From positions 1,908-65,907 of the forward strand of contig JAZDFF010000040.1 of assembly GCA_043808095.1 (NCBI GenBank): DNA of 64,000 bases, written 5' to 3'. How positions within the stretch are numbered: position 1 is the stretch's first letter; every line of letters starts with the position of its first letter. The stretch comes from Candidatus Omnitrophota bacterium (GTDB taxonomy: Bacteria > Omnitrophota > Gorgyraeia > JAZDFF01). The notes beneath the pieces are model-generated. The model was not told the DNA's origin. It saw only the letters and a list, made by a program, of their open reading frames with translations, and searched no databases. The translations under genes and the position numbers were made by a program. Shown in pieces: positions 43,034 to 53,318 of the stretch.

Positions 43034-43906
43034 TTAATATATCACCTTATTCAACGGATATTCTACGATTCCCTGGGCGCCGGCCATTTTTAAAGCCGGA
43101 ATTAAATTGCGCACAACATTCTCGTCGATCACTGTCTCAATGGCACACCAGCCTTTTTCTGAAAGATCCGAAATGGTAGGCCTTTTTAAGGCAGGCAGTA
43201 GCGAAATTACCCTCTTTACATTGGTCTTTTTTATATTCATTTTAAGGCCGACCTTTGATTCCGCAAAGAGTGCACCTTTAAGCAAAATAGCAATCTGTTC
43301 AATCTTTTGACGCTTCCATTTATCCTGCCAGCTCTTTCGGTTGGCGATTAATTTTGTCGTCGATTCGCAGACTGTAGCAATCTCTCTTAATTTATTTGCC
43401 TTAAGGCTCCTGCCTGTTTCGGTAAGTTCAACAACGGCCTCAACTAAACCCTGGGCAACCTTAACCTCCGTAGCGCCCCAGCTGAATTCAACATCCGCCT
43501 TTACTTTATTCTTCTTTAGGAAACTCTTGGTGGCATTTACTAGTTCCGTGGCAATCTGTTTTCCTTTCAGGTCCTTTACCGATTTGATTGAAGAGCCTTC
43601 CGGAACTGCAATCACCCAGCGTACCGGCCTTAAAGACTGTTTGGCGTAGATAAGTTCTTCAACCCTAAGGACATTAGAGCCATTTTCCTTTATCCAGTCT
43701 TCGCCGGTGATTCCGCAGTCAAGGTCGCTCTCAACATAGCGGGACATCTCCTGGGCGCGCAGTAAGACCGGCTCAATCTCAGGGTCGTCTATCGATGGAA
43801 AATAAGAGCGCTCAGAGACCGAGATATTAAAACCTGCCTTCCTGAACATGACGAAAGTAGCTTCCTGTAAACTGCCCTTAGGCAGACCTAACTTCAATTT
43901 CTTCAT
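43034..43906 (-). CDS. hisG: ATP phosphoribosyltransferase, long form.
   Basis: It has the HisG catalytic domains and the C-terminal regulatory domain. Confidence 0.9.
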   Translation of the reverse strand: MKKLKLGLPKGSLQEATFVMFRKAGFNISVSERSYFPSIDDPEIEPVLLRAQEMSRYVESDLDCGITGEDWIKENGSNVLRVEELIYAKQSLRPVRWVIAVPEGSSIKSVKDLKGKQIATELVNATKSFLKKNKVKADVEFSWGATEVKVAQGLVEAVVELTETGRSLKANKLREIATVCESTTKLIANRKSWQDKWKRQKIEQIAILLKGALFAESKVGLKMNIKKTNVKRVISLLPALKRPTISDLSEKGWCAIETVIDENVVRNLIPALKMAGAQGIVEYPLNKVIY

Positions 43907-43981
43907 AGAATTTCACTCCTCTTAAAATGCCAAATTATTATACAATTTAACTTCCTGTATGTAAAGGAAAAATTAATGAGC

Positions 43982-44033
43982 CCCCGCTGCTTCGTTTTGC
44001 TACGCAAAAGCGAAGCAAAACGGTGGGGGCGAA
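43982..44033 (-). repeat. Second copy of the approximately 48-nt palindromic module found inside the tRNA-Asn group I intron.
   Basis: CCCCCGCTGCTTCGTTTTGCTACGCAAAAGCGAAGCAAAACGGTGGGGG. On the minus strand it is followed by a T-rich run. Confidence 0.6.
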
Positions 44034-44094
44034 TTATCCCGCCCTTTTTTAGTATTAATATTCTTTCTAAGGACAATTCTTTAAAAGATTCGGA

Positions 44095-44135
44095 ATGTGT
44101 AAAAGGGGCAGGGTCACCTGCCTCACCGGCAGGCA
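44095..44135 (-). terminator. Probable intrinsic terminator downstream of apgM.
   Basis: Minus strand: CCTGCCTGCCGGTGAGGCAGGTGACCCTGCCCC followed by TTTTAC. Confidence 0.45.
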
Positions 44136-44230
44136 GGAATTCAACCAATCCTTGACAAGCTTGTCAAAGAGGTTTCATTTGAGAAAAATCATCACTAAAT
44201 TATGAGCTTATGAATAACTTCGGCAGGAAC

Positions 44231-45514
44231 TTATCCATTGGCAAATTTCACCAGAAGCGGCATAAGGTCTTTGCCGAGGATTCCTTTTATAGAGCCTTCA
44301 GCACAAGTTTTTTCCGAAAAACTCTCCTGGCCATCAGGCTTAATGTTTTTACCGTAGATTAAAAGCGGCACAGGGTCGCTTGAGTGGGCTTTGAGGCTAC
44401 AAGGAGTGGAGTGGTCTGCGGTTACTGCAATGATTGAGTCCTCCTGATTCATCTTAGAAAGGAGGTTTTTAAAAAAATACTTGTCAATTAATTCGATAAT
44501 TTCTTTCTTTTTGCTAAAATCTCCGTCGTGGCCCGGTTCATCTGGGCCTTTGATGTGGATGTAAAGGCCGTCAAATTTTTCTATCTCATCAAGCGCCACT
44601 TTCGTCCAGACACTATAGTCAACATCAAGATGCCCTGTTGATGAAGGGACTTCGACTAGCGACATGCCGGTTAAAAGGGCAATGCCTTTTTCAACCGGCA
44701 TCTGGACAAATGAACCGAATCTCACTTTCAACAAATCCTCTAGCCTGGGAAATTTTGGCAGGTGATCCCCTGCATCGCGCGATAAAATAATATTTGCCGG
44801 CATTTTATTCCCGGAAATCCGCTTCTGGTTTATGAGAGACTCTAAAAGAACCTTGTGCGATTTCTGGGTAAACTCATTTAAAAGAAGGGCCGCCTCTTTT
44901 GCCGGAAGGCTATCTTCGTGGCCGGCCACGGGGCTGGATATAGAAACTAGGTTTTCAAATTTCTCTTTGGCCACGCCAAATACGCCTTCACGGTCATAGG
45001 CCGGGTCAGTATTGGTAATCCAGCCGGAAAGTTTTGAGTGCATGCCCCTTATAACCAATACCCCGCGGTGGCCGATGGTATTTTTGAATTCAAAGGTGGC
45101 ATTTGAAAGCGTGACCTTGGCATTTATCTCTTTAGAAAGGGCGGTCGCCTCTTCCGTAGTTAAATTTCTGCCTACCCGGCGGTCTTTGATGGTTTTCCCG
45201 TCGGAGTCAACCGTGGCAAAATTTACCCTGAGGGCAAGATTACCGTCTTCTACGGCCAGACCCTCGGCAAAGGACTCCAGCGGGCCTCTTCCGGTGTAAT
45301 ACTTACGCGCATCATAACCCAAGAGACTGATAACCGCAATATCCGACTCCGGGGCAATGCCTTTGGCTACCGGATAAAGCAGGCCGAGTTTGCTTTTCTT
45401 GGCTAAACCATCCAGAGTTGGCGTTGATGCGGCCTCAAGAGGAGTTTTATTATCCAAGGCTTTTATGGGAAGGTCACCTAAGCCGTCTAAAACTATGTAG
45501 AAGATTTTTTTCAT
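44231..45514 (-). CDS. apgM: Cofactor-independent phosphoglycerate mutase, archaeal type.
   Basis: It has the ApgM N-terminal block IVLDGLGD and the metal-binding C-terminal block (TADHSTP). Confidence 0.85.
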   Translation of the reverse strand: MKKIFYIVLDGLGDLPIKALDNKTPLEAASTPTLDGLAKKSKLGLLYPVAKGIAPESDIAVISLLGYDARKYYTGRGPLESFAEGLAVEDGNLALRVNFATVDSDGKTIKDRRVGRNLTTEEATALSKEINAKVTLSNATFEFKNTIGHRGVLVIRGMHSKLSGWITNTDPAYDREGVFGVAKEKFENLVSISSPVAGHEDSLPAKEAALLLNEFTQKSHKVLLESLINQKRISGNKMPANIILSRDAGDHLPKFPRLEDLLKVRFGSFVQMPVEKGIALLTGMSLVEVPSSTGHLDVDYSVWTKVALDEIEKFDGLYIHIKGPDEPGHDGDFSKKKEIIELIDKYFFKNLLSKMNQEDSIIAVTADHSTPCSLKAHSSDPVPLLIYGKNIKPDGQESFSEKTCAEGSIKGILGKDLMPLLVKFANG

Positions 45515-45603
45515 CTTTACACTAATTTACACTAATCAAACACTGATATTCACGAATATTTTATTTGTGTTTATTCGTGTGCAATTTGTGGTAATTCGTG
45601 ATT

Positions 45604-48600
45604 CTAACACTTAGAGAAACCACAGCCATGGCATTTGATACAGCCTTCTTCATGACGTAATGCTCCGCCGCAATCAGGGCAAACACCGACGATGTTTCCC
45701 CGATGGGCGCTGTGAACAAGATGCTCTTCGGATTTAAGCAGAGATTCGATTTCTTGGTTTACCTCTGATTCTTTTTGCTTATTATTAAGTAGCCTTTTTT
45801 CGATTACCCTGGCCATAGCATCGGCACAGGAAAAAATCCTCACACCCTTTTCCCAGGAAGGCGAAGGACACCTAATACCATGCAATTGGTCAATTATAGA
45901 CTTTACTTCAATCTCAGAGCGCAGCGCCAAAGAAACGAGCCTGCCTATAGCCTCAAGTTGGCTAGCTGCACATCCTCCGGCCTTACCCATCTGGGTAAAG
46001 ATCTCAAAAGGCCTACCTTCTTCGTCGCTATTTATGGTTACATAAAGATTACCGCAGCCTGTCGGCACCTTTGTAGTTGTTCCGTTAATTACCTCGGGGC
46101 GCGGCCGGGGCGTAATCTTATCAATCTCTGTCTTTTGTTCTTTACGGCCGATGTTTAGGACTTGTTCATCCCTGCTTCTGTCTCGGTAAATAGTCGCACC
46201 TTTACAACCGAGTTTATAGGCACTCATGTAAACCTGGCGCACGTCTTCAACAGTAGCATTTTCCGGGAAGTTCACGGTTTTACTGACTGCATTATCAGTA
46301 TACCTCTGGAATACTGCCTGCATCCTGATATGCCACTCGGGTGCAATATCATGGGCAGTGACAAAAACCCGCCTGATATCTTCAGGTATTTCTTTTAAAT
46401 CTTTGATTGAGCCTTTCTCGGCAACCTTAGACATCAATTCCCGGGAATAAAACCCTCTTTCCTTGGCTACCTCTTCAAATACTGGGTCTACCTCAACAAG
46501 TTTATCATTATCCATCACATTGCGATAATAAGAGACGGCAAATATCGGCTCAATACCCGAGGAGCACGGACCGGCAATAATACTTATTGTTCCGGTAGGG
46601 GCAATTGTGGTAAGAGTAGCATTTCTGAGTCTTAGGCTTTTTTTCTTATCATACATGCTACCAAGAAATGCCGGGAAAACCCCTCTTTCCTTGGCAAGCC
46701 GTATAGACTCTTCTCTTGCCTCTTTAAGGATAAAAGACATTATTGCATTACCGAGTCTTAAGGCCTCATCAGAATCATAAGGAATACCCAATTTTAAAAG
46801 AAGGCTACCCCAGCCCATTACACCAAGTCCGATTTTACGGGTAAGCTTGGTGTTCTCTTCAATTATCGGCACAGGGAATTTATTGATGTCGATGACGTTA
46901 TCCAAGAAATGCACAGCTCCATGAGTTATGTTTTTAAGTCTGGGCCAATCGACGCTAAGTCTGCCATTTTTCTCTTTGACCATTAAGGCAAGGTTAATTG
47001 AGCCCAGATTACAGGATTCATAAGGCAAAAGTACTTGCTCTCCGCAAGGATTAGTCGACTCGTACTTGCCTAATTCCGGTGTGGGGTTAAATTCATTCAT
47101 CCGGTCGATAAAAATTATACCAGGTTCGCCATTTTTATGCGCCTGTTTAACAATCAAATCAAAGACCTCTTTAGCATTCAATTGTTTCAAGGCCTTGGCT
47201 GTATGCGGATCAATTAAATCGTAGTTTTCTGCCTTAGCCACTTTATTCATAAATTCCTTGGTAATGGCAACCGAGATGTTAAAATTAGTGATATCACGAT
47301 TGGATTCTTTGCAGGTTATAAACTCCAAAATATCAGGATGATCCACCCGCAATATCCCCATATTGGCGCCACGTCTGGTGCCGCCCTGTTTTACCGCCTG
47401 AGTGGCTGAGTCGAAAACCTTCATAAAAGAAACCGGTCCCGAGGCAATCCCTCCGGTAGATTGTACGACGCTATTTTTTGGCCTAAGACGAGAAAAGGAA
47501 AAACCAGTGCCTCCTCCACTTTTGTGGATCAATGCAGTAGCTTTGAGTGATTCAAAAATGCTATCCATGGAATCATCGATGGGCAGGACGAAACAATTAT
47601 GAACGGAAACGAAATTCGCAGAATAGGAATGATCTTCTTCAACTTCTAAATTATAGACCTTGCCCTGATAAGACTGTTTTTCAATATAGTCAACAGGACT
47701 AAATAATATTCCCTCCCTCTCGATACTACGGATAAATTCAAAACCATTATGCGGTATTTCTGTTTCTAATAATTCGGCTACAATCTGAGAACCATATCTG
47801 CCCGAAACCTGACATTTCACTGGTCTAACCCGACCCAGACGAGGCATCGAATCAAAATTTAAAGCAGCAAAGGACCCCAAGCGCATCAACATCTGCCAAG
47901 CAGCATAAACCGCATTTGTATTACACATTACTAATTTTGTAGAAAAATTATTCCCATTCTTAAAGACACAACTGTCGCCTCTAAATAATCCGGCAAGAAA
48001 TCCTTTTTGCTTTTTGGCAGGTAAAAGAATAAACCATGGCGGTATAGATTTAGAAGCATAGCCTGTGTTAAATAATTTCAAAAAGAATTCAGCCAATATC
48101 TTAGAGTGAAATCTTAAAGAGATCCATCGACGTTGGGGAGAATCTGTAGTCTCAATTCTAGATGTTATCCCAAATTTATTTTTAACTATGCGCATAACGT
48201 CTTGTGCATATGATTCTTCTTCATTTGAGAAAGTAAATCTTAAAACCTCATTTTCACTAACACAACCCTCAGAAAAATAATATCCAAATAGTCTCATCAA
48301 AGATACATCTAATACTATTTCATTTCTTACGGGATGCACTTGTCTGGATATTTCTCCACTACGATTTCTATTTTGGGTATAAATAGTGCCGTCTTTCCTA
48401 ACATAATACCTAATATCTGCATTTCTTTGATAAAGAACCCCTTCTATTTCAATAAAATCGCTGTTATCAAGATAATCGGAGATTTTAATCGTCTCTCTAT
48501 CCATAGTTTCTTGGGGATAATTTAAAGCCACGTAGTCACCGACGCGCAGATCCGCAGCTTTTAACCAACGAATACTGCTCCCCTGTTTCCTCATAGCTAA

Positions 48601-49167
48601 TACCGGATGTTCACCCGTAACTTTCAAAGTCTGGGTAGGTAATTTGTATATTCCGATTATATACAACAAATCACTAGTCCGCTCAAATTTTTCCAAGACC
48701 CTTTTGAATCTATTTCTATGAGTTAAAATCTCATCTCCAATATTTATATCACTAATGGCCCGGGGGCCATCTTTAGTAATTATTAATTGGTCAGGATGAA
48801 AACACGCCGATAACTGACCGAGTTCTCTTCCCGCATTCATTAAGGTAGGAGAATTGGGCATGAATTCCAAAGAGGCCAATAACCCATAAAACTTCTCTTC
48901 TAATTTTCTTATCTGAGTGCCATTTTTACCATAGGCCCTGTCGGCAGAAGATATGGATTTGGCAATACGCCGAAACATCTGGTCGGGAGATTCAATCACC
49001 TTACCACTTGGGTCCTTTTTAAGATACCTTCTTTCCAGCACCGTTTTGGCATTTAGAGATAAGAACGGTTCCATATCAGGCTCCTTTAATGAACCCCGAC
49101 GTATCGTCGGGACAAATTTTCCCGCTTCAAATCTGTAAAACATAAAGCGGGATCCCGCCACCGTCAA
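45604..49167 (-). CDS. nrdJ: Class II (adenosylcobalamin-dependent) ribonucleotide reductase NrdJ interrupted by a 403-aa intein.
   Basis: The NrdJ blocks NPCGEQ..CNLGSINL and the C-terminal zinc ribbon are present. The intein is inserted at the conserved ..GQLSA|C..HN|CFVLP site. The true start is probably the internal MEPFLSL (about 49074). Confidence 0.9.
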   Translation of the reverse strand: MTVAGSRFMFYRFEAGKFVPTIRRGSLKEPDMEPFLSLNAKTVLERRYLKKDPSGKVIESPDQMFRRIAKSISSADRAYGKNGTQIRKLEEKFYGLLASLEFMPNSPTLMNAGRELGQLSACFHPDQLIITKDGPRAISDINIGDEILTHRNRFKRVLEKFERTSDLLYIIGIYKLPTQTLKVTGEHPVLAMRKQGSSIRWLKAADLRVGDYVALNYPQETMDRETIKISDYLDNSDFIEIEGVLYQRNADIRYYVRKDGTIYTQNRNRSGEISRQVHPVRNEIVLDVSLMRLFGYYFSEGCVSENEVLRFTFSNEEESYAQDVMRIVKNKFGITSRIETTDSPQRRWISLRFHSKILAEFFLKLFNTGYASKSIPPWFILLPAKKQKGFLAGLFRGDSCVFKNGNNFSTKLVMCNTNAVYAAWQMLMRLGSFAALNFDSMPRLGRVRPVKCQVSGRYGSQIVAELLETEIPHNGFEFIRSIEREGILFSPVDYIEKQSYQGKVYNLEVEEDHSYSANFVSVHNCFVLPIDDSMDSIFESLKATALIHKSGGGTGFSFSRLRPKNSVVQSTGGIASGPVSFMKVFDSATQAVKQGGTRRGANMGILRVDHPDILEFITCKESNRDITNFNISVAITKEFMNKVAKAENYDLIDPHTAKALKQLNAKEVFDLIVKQAHKNGEPGIIFIDRMNEFNPTPELGKYESTNPCGEQVLLPYESCNLGSINLALMVKEKNGRLSVDWPRLKNITHGAVHFLDNVIDINKFPVPIIEENTKLTRKIGLGVMGWGSLLLKLGIPYDSDEALRLGNAIMSFILKEAREESIRLAKERGVFPAFLGSMYDKKKSLRLRNATLTTIAPTGTISIIAGPCSSGIEPIFAVSYYRNVMDNDKLVEVDPVFEEVAKERGFYSRELMSKVAEKGSIKDLKEIPEDIRRVFVTAHDIAPEWHIRMQAVFQRYTDNAVSKTVNFPENATVEDVRQVYMSAYKLGCKGATIYRDRSRDEQVLNIGRKEQKTEIDKITPRPRPEVINGTTTKVPTGCGNLYVTINSDEEGRPFEIFTQMGKAGGCAASQLEAIGRLVSLALRSEIEVKSIIDQLHGIRCPSPSWEKGVRIFSCADAMARVIEKRLLNNKQKESEVNQEIESLLKSEEHLVHSAHRGNIVGVCPDCGGALRHEEGCIKCHGCGFSKC
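47596..48804 (-). mobile_element. Intein within NrdJ with an embedded double-motif LAGLIDADG homing-endonuclease domain.
   Basis: The intein begins with Cys after GQLSA and ends VHN, followed by extein Cys (CFVLP). The internal LAGLIDADG motifs are LFGYYFSEG and FLAGLFRGDS. Confidence 0.85.
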
Positions 49168-49342
49168 AAAACTATTGTGCGGGAAAATTTAACCCCTAAG
49201 ATTAATTAGAGGAATTATTTGTTGAATGGGAACAAATGCACTCTACCACAAACAAAATCCCATGTCAATATCTATATACAATATATTGTATATATTTTTA
49301 AAAAGGTACACAACTTATTGTATAACAATCGAATACTGATTC

Positions 49343-50353
49343 TTAGTTTGATTTGGGCGAGGAAGTTGAATCTCTGACCACTAATTTCGTCGGTAGCATC
49401 AGTTTTTTATTGTCTTCTTTAACCTTAGAATTTATTTGATTCAATAACTCTTTTACAGCTATCTGGCACATTTCAATCAAAGGTTGTTTCACGGTAGTTA
49501 ATGCCACCGGGCCAAAACAGCCAGCAGGGTTATCATCAAAACCCACAACTGAAATATCTGAAGGCACTTTTAGACTGTTCTCTATAATTACCCCCTCTAC
49601 CTCTAAGGCCATATCGTCGCTGGCGGCAAATATTGCAGTTGGCGGTGATTTTAGTTTAAGAAGTTCTAGGGTTAAGGTCCGGGCTGAATGCCGGGAATAG
49701 TCCGAGTGCTTGATATATTCTCTGGGCAGGTTAAAACCTTTATTAGATAAAACCTCTTTAAAACCTAAAAGTCGCTCTTCTGCCGCCTGGGTTTTTAAAT
49801 CACCGGTTATATGGGCGATTCTTTTATGACCTAAACTAATCAAATGTTCGGTTGCTTCCTTTGCCCCTTTTTTATTATTGATAGACACACTGGTTATTTC
49901 AAAGTCCTGGGCCGTGTTATTAATTACGACCGAAGGAATTCCTGCGCTAATGACTTCTTTAAGTTGTTCCGTCTCGCCCAGGATGTCTGCAAATATAACC
50001 CCGTCGATACTAGCCAGATTAATCGAGGTGGAGCCATCGGTCAGATGTAAAACCAAATCCAGTTTTTGTGCATCGCAGGCTGTGCCGATACCCCGGATAA
50101 TCTCAATGGCATAAAAAGAATAAAATATGCCTTCGAATCTGGGGATAACTAAGCCTAGGGCACCTTTTTTTCCGCCAGCCAGGCGCTGGGCACTGATATT
50201 GGGTCGGTATTTAAGTTTATGGATGGCACTTTCTACCTTAAGGCGGCTGGTTTTATTAACGGTGGGAATTTTGTTGATCACCCGTGAGACTGTAGTGGTA
50301 GAAACTCCAGCCAAACGGGCAACATCTTCGATCCTTGCTTTTTTAGTAACCAC
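49343..50353 (-). CDS. LacI-family transcriptional regulator.
   Basis: It has an N-terminal HTH (IEDVARLAGVSTTTVSRVIN) and a periplasmic-binding-protein-like sugar-binding domain. Confidence 0.88.
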   Translation of the reverse strand: MVTKKARIEDVARLAGVSTTTVSRVINKIPTVNKTSRLKVESAIHKLKYRPNISAQRLAGGKKGALGLVIPRFEGIFYSFYAIEIIRGIGTACDAQKLDLVLHLTDGSTSINLASIDGVIFADILGETEQLKEVISAGIPSVVINNTAQDFEITSVSINNKKGAKEATEHLISLGHKRIAHITGDLKTQAAEERLLGFKEVLSNKGFNLPREYIKHSDYSRHSARTLTLELLKLKSPPTAIFAASDDMALEVEGVIIENSLKVPSDISVVGFDDNPAGCFGPVALTTVKQPLIEMCQIAVKELLNQINSKVKEDNKKLMLPTKLVVRDSTSSPKSN

Positions 50354-50397
50354 TAGATTTTTAAAATTTAATATCCCGTAAGATTATACGGAATGAA

Positions 50398-51546
50398 TTA
50401 TCTGACTATATCTCCGACGCGGATACGATTATTGGATTCAACCTGCCTTATATCCAAAGCCGAAATATTCCTGCGGGTCTGGATAACTTCCACAATTGCA
50501 ACCTGTTTGTCGGCTCGATATACCTTAAATATATTCCCTATTCTCGCTCCATCAGCCTCGCCTAAATCAACAACGATAAAATTATTTTCTGTGTTTACGG
50601 CTATAACCTTACCTTCCTTGGCCACTACATTAACAGAAGCCCTAGGGCTTCCTTTAACCACGATAGGCGGCAACTCGACCGTCCTGGTACCCGAGGATTC
50701 TTCTTCGCCTTCTCTTGCCTCTTGTATTTCCTTTTTTATATTGACCATCTCGTCCATTTTGCTTTGTATGGCTAAATCCATATCCGTGATTCTGGAATCC
50801 AGAGTTTCCTTATCTGCCTCAATCTTATTTAACCTCTCCATAAGTGCAAGGTTTGCCTTCTCCTTAGTCTTTAACTTAGCACGCATTGCGGAATTGTCTT
50901 TCTGCAGTTCCTTTAATTGAGTAAGCAATGAATTCTTATCTAGTTTTTCCCTCACTAAATCGTTAGATAATGTCTTGGCTAATTTCTCATTGTATTCTAA
51001 CTTTCTCTCTAAATCTTCCCGTACTTTTTGCAGATTAGAAAACTCTAATTCTGTTGCTTGTTTTTCGTCTTTTACCTTGACCAGTTCTAGACGAGAATTC
51101 TTTAAGGCGCCATCTAAATCTTTTAATTGAATCTCGAGCCCCGCCTTCTCTTTAAGAACCTTGGCCCAATATTCATCAGCCATAGGGGCTTCTTTTGCGG
51201 TAGCCACTTCTGTTGTCACCCCGGGTTGTTTCTGTAATTCTTCGGCGAGAACCTCTTTTTCTTTATTAACAAGTTCGAATTTCTGTTTCCAGTCATCGCG
51301 TTCCCTGGCTAGCACATCTAAATCCTTCTGCACGGCTGCCATCTTATCTTGAAGCCGCAGCCTTTCTTGTTCCGCGGATGAAAGATTCTTTACCATATCT
51401 TCGTTTTCTTTTTGCCACTTCTTCTCTTTTTGAGCAAATTCGTTCTGGGAGACCTGTTTCTCATTATAAAGACGCAGCGATATGAATATGCTAACCACAA
51501 ACAATATTGCCAGACCGAAAACTATCACCCGCATCTTTTTATCCAT
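50398..51546 (-). CDS. Membrane-anchored coiled-coil protein, hypothetical.
   Basis: It has an N-terminal TM helix, about 250 residues of heptad-rich coiled coil, and a C-terminal beta-rich domain. Confidence 0.5.
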   Translation of the reverse strand: MDKKMRVIVFGLAILFVVSIFISLRLYNEKQVSQNEFAQKEKKWQKENEDMVKNLSSAEQERLRLQDKMAAVQKDLDVLARERDDWKQKFELVNKEKEVLAEELQKQPGVTTEVATAKEAPMADEYWAKVLKEKAGLEIQLKDLDGALKNSRLELVKVKDEKQATELEFSNLQKVREDLERKLEYNEKLAKTLSNDLVREKLDKNSLLTQLKELQKDNSAMRAKLKTKEKANLALMERLNKIEADKETLDSRITDMDLAIQSKMDEMVNIKKEIQEAREGEEESSGTRTVELPPIVVKGSPRASVNVVAKEGKVIAVNTENNFIVVDLGEADGARIGNIFKVYRADKQVAIVEVIQTRRNISALDIRQVESNNRIRVGDIVR

Positions 51547-51727
51547 ATTGTTTCCCCCTTATTTTTTATATTATACTTAAAGCAATATTTTTGATTACAG
51601 CGATTATCCCGAACAATAGTAAAATATACAGCGGGATCCCGCAAAGCGGGAAAAATCAGATTACAATGATTAGCTTACTTTTTTAAATCACTGTAATCTT
51701 CTTTCAAATCACGGTAATCATTTCCTA

Positions 51728-52957
51728 CTATAACCGGGCAAATATCTGACGAATAACTAGACTGGCCGCACCTAAGGCCACAGAATTTTCTCCTAATCGC
51801 GAAGGAATAATCTTTACGTCTTTGGCCATCTCATCGAATGCCCATTCATTAACCGACTGCCTGACTACATCAAAAAGGATATCGCCTGCCTCTTCAAAGC
51901 CTCCGCCGATAATAACCATCTCGGGATTTAAGAGATTAACCAAATAGGCAATCCTTACTCCAAGACGACTTGCGGCAGCGCGCATCAATTCTTCAGCTAA
52001 CTTATCTTGTTCTCTAACGGCCCTAAATATTTCTTTAAGGGTAATTTTCTCCGGATTGTTTTCGGCAAACTCAAATATTTTTGATTTCGTCCCCTGGTTT
52101 ATTAATCTCCTGGCATCTTCGACTAACCCTAGGTCTGACTCCCAGCGTTTCAATAAACAGGACTTGCCGAATTCACAATTAAAAAGAGCGTCTTGCTTTG
52201 GATTATTTATGGAGACTTCACCCGCAGCACCGGTTGCCCCGCGATAAATTTTTCCGTCTATCATTATACCACAACCAACGCCAGAAAACATGTAGATTAA
52301 ATTCTGGATTTTATAGTCTAAGGTAAGCCACTGTTCGCCAAAACAGGCAACCGTAGCATCATTTTCAATAAAGGCCGGGATGCCGAATTCTTTTTCTAAA
52401 ATCTCGCGCAGAGGTAAAAAGATCGAGGCATACACACAGCCGGTCTTGCCTACTTTTTCCGGCCAACGCACTGTCTCGCCATTTTTATCGATAATTCCGG
52501 CAATTCCGACGCCGATGCCTTTTATCTTTGACTTATCTTCCTTTGACCTTTTGATGATCTCTGAGGCAATATCTATAATTAGGGCTACTATCTCTTTTAC
52601 ACTCGCGGCTTGGCGCTCTCTTTTTACGCGCACAAGTATACGGCCGTCTAAATCTATCAGGACACCAATCATATTCATTAGATTGAGGCCGATACCTATA
52701 GAAATTCCGGCTGAAGGATTTATATCTAAAAGTAAAGGCCGCCTTCCGCCGGCAGATTGATCAAGTTCTTTTTCAAAGACGATTTTTTTGCGCAAAAAAT
52801 CATCAATATAATTTGTGACGGTTGCAACATTTAGGCCAACGAGTTTAGAGATGTCGCTTTTGCTTAAAGGCCCGCTTCTTCGTATCGCCTCTAATATGGC
52901 AAGATTTCTTCTGGCCCTCTCGCTTAACTCTTCGCCCTTAAAGGTAATTTCTTCCAT
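51728..52957 (-). CDS. ROK-family transcriptional regulator (NagC/XylR type).
   Basis: It has an N-terminal winged HTH and a ROK sugar-kinase-like domain (GIGVGIAGIID). Confidence 0.85.
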   Translation of the reverse strand: MEEITFKGEELSERARRNLAILEAIRRSGPLSKSDISKLVGLNVATVTNYIDDFLRKKIVFEKELDQSAGGRRPLLLDINPSAGISIGIGLNLMNMIGVLIDLDGRILVRVKRERQAASVKEIVALIIDIASEIIKRSKEDKSKIKGIGVGIAGIIDKNGETVRWPEKVGKTGCVYASIFLPLREILEKEFGIPAFIENDATVACFGEQWLTLDYKIQNLIYMFSGVGCGIMIDGKIYRGATGAAGEVSINNPKQDALFNCEFGKSCLLKRWESDLGLVEDARRLINQGTKSKIFEFAENNPEKITLKEIFRAVREQDKLAEELMRAAASRLGVRIAYLVNLLNPEMVIIGGGFEEAGDILFDVVRQSVNEWAFDEMAKDVKIIPSRLGENSVALGAASLVIRQIFARL

Positions 52958-53318
52958 TAAAATGTCATAATTTTTCCCGTGGCTTATGTTTTAATCAAAT
53001 TAAAACCACAGATTTTGTCAAAATATCCGTGCCCAGGCAGGCGTATCTTTTCCCGCCGTAGCGGGATCCCGCTGGATTTTTTTATTTTGGTGCGGGATAA
53101 TCTGTGCTAATCTGCGAAATTAAACGATATTTAATCTTTGTAACAAACAATAATTTCAATACCTTATAATATATTTCTTTAATTATAATACTTTTGTAAA
53201 AATAAAGCAAGAAATATTTAAAAAAACACAGATTAGCACAGATTTAGGTATCTGTGATCATCTGTGAAAACGTGAGTTTAACCCGAAATCTTGCGCTTAT
53301 CTGTGTAAATGTATTTTT

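Noticed and set aside
43903-44148. An 81-aa ORF overlapping the hisG start.
   Set aside because: It runs across the 48-nt palindromic module and a terminator hairpin, and its composition is biased by the repeats. It is likely non-coding.
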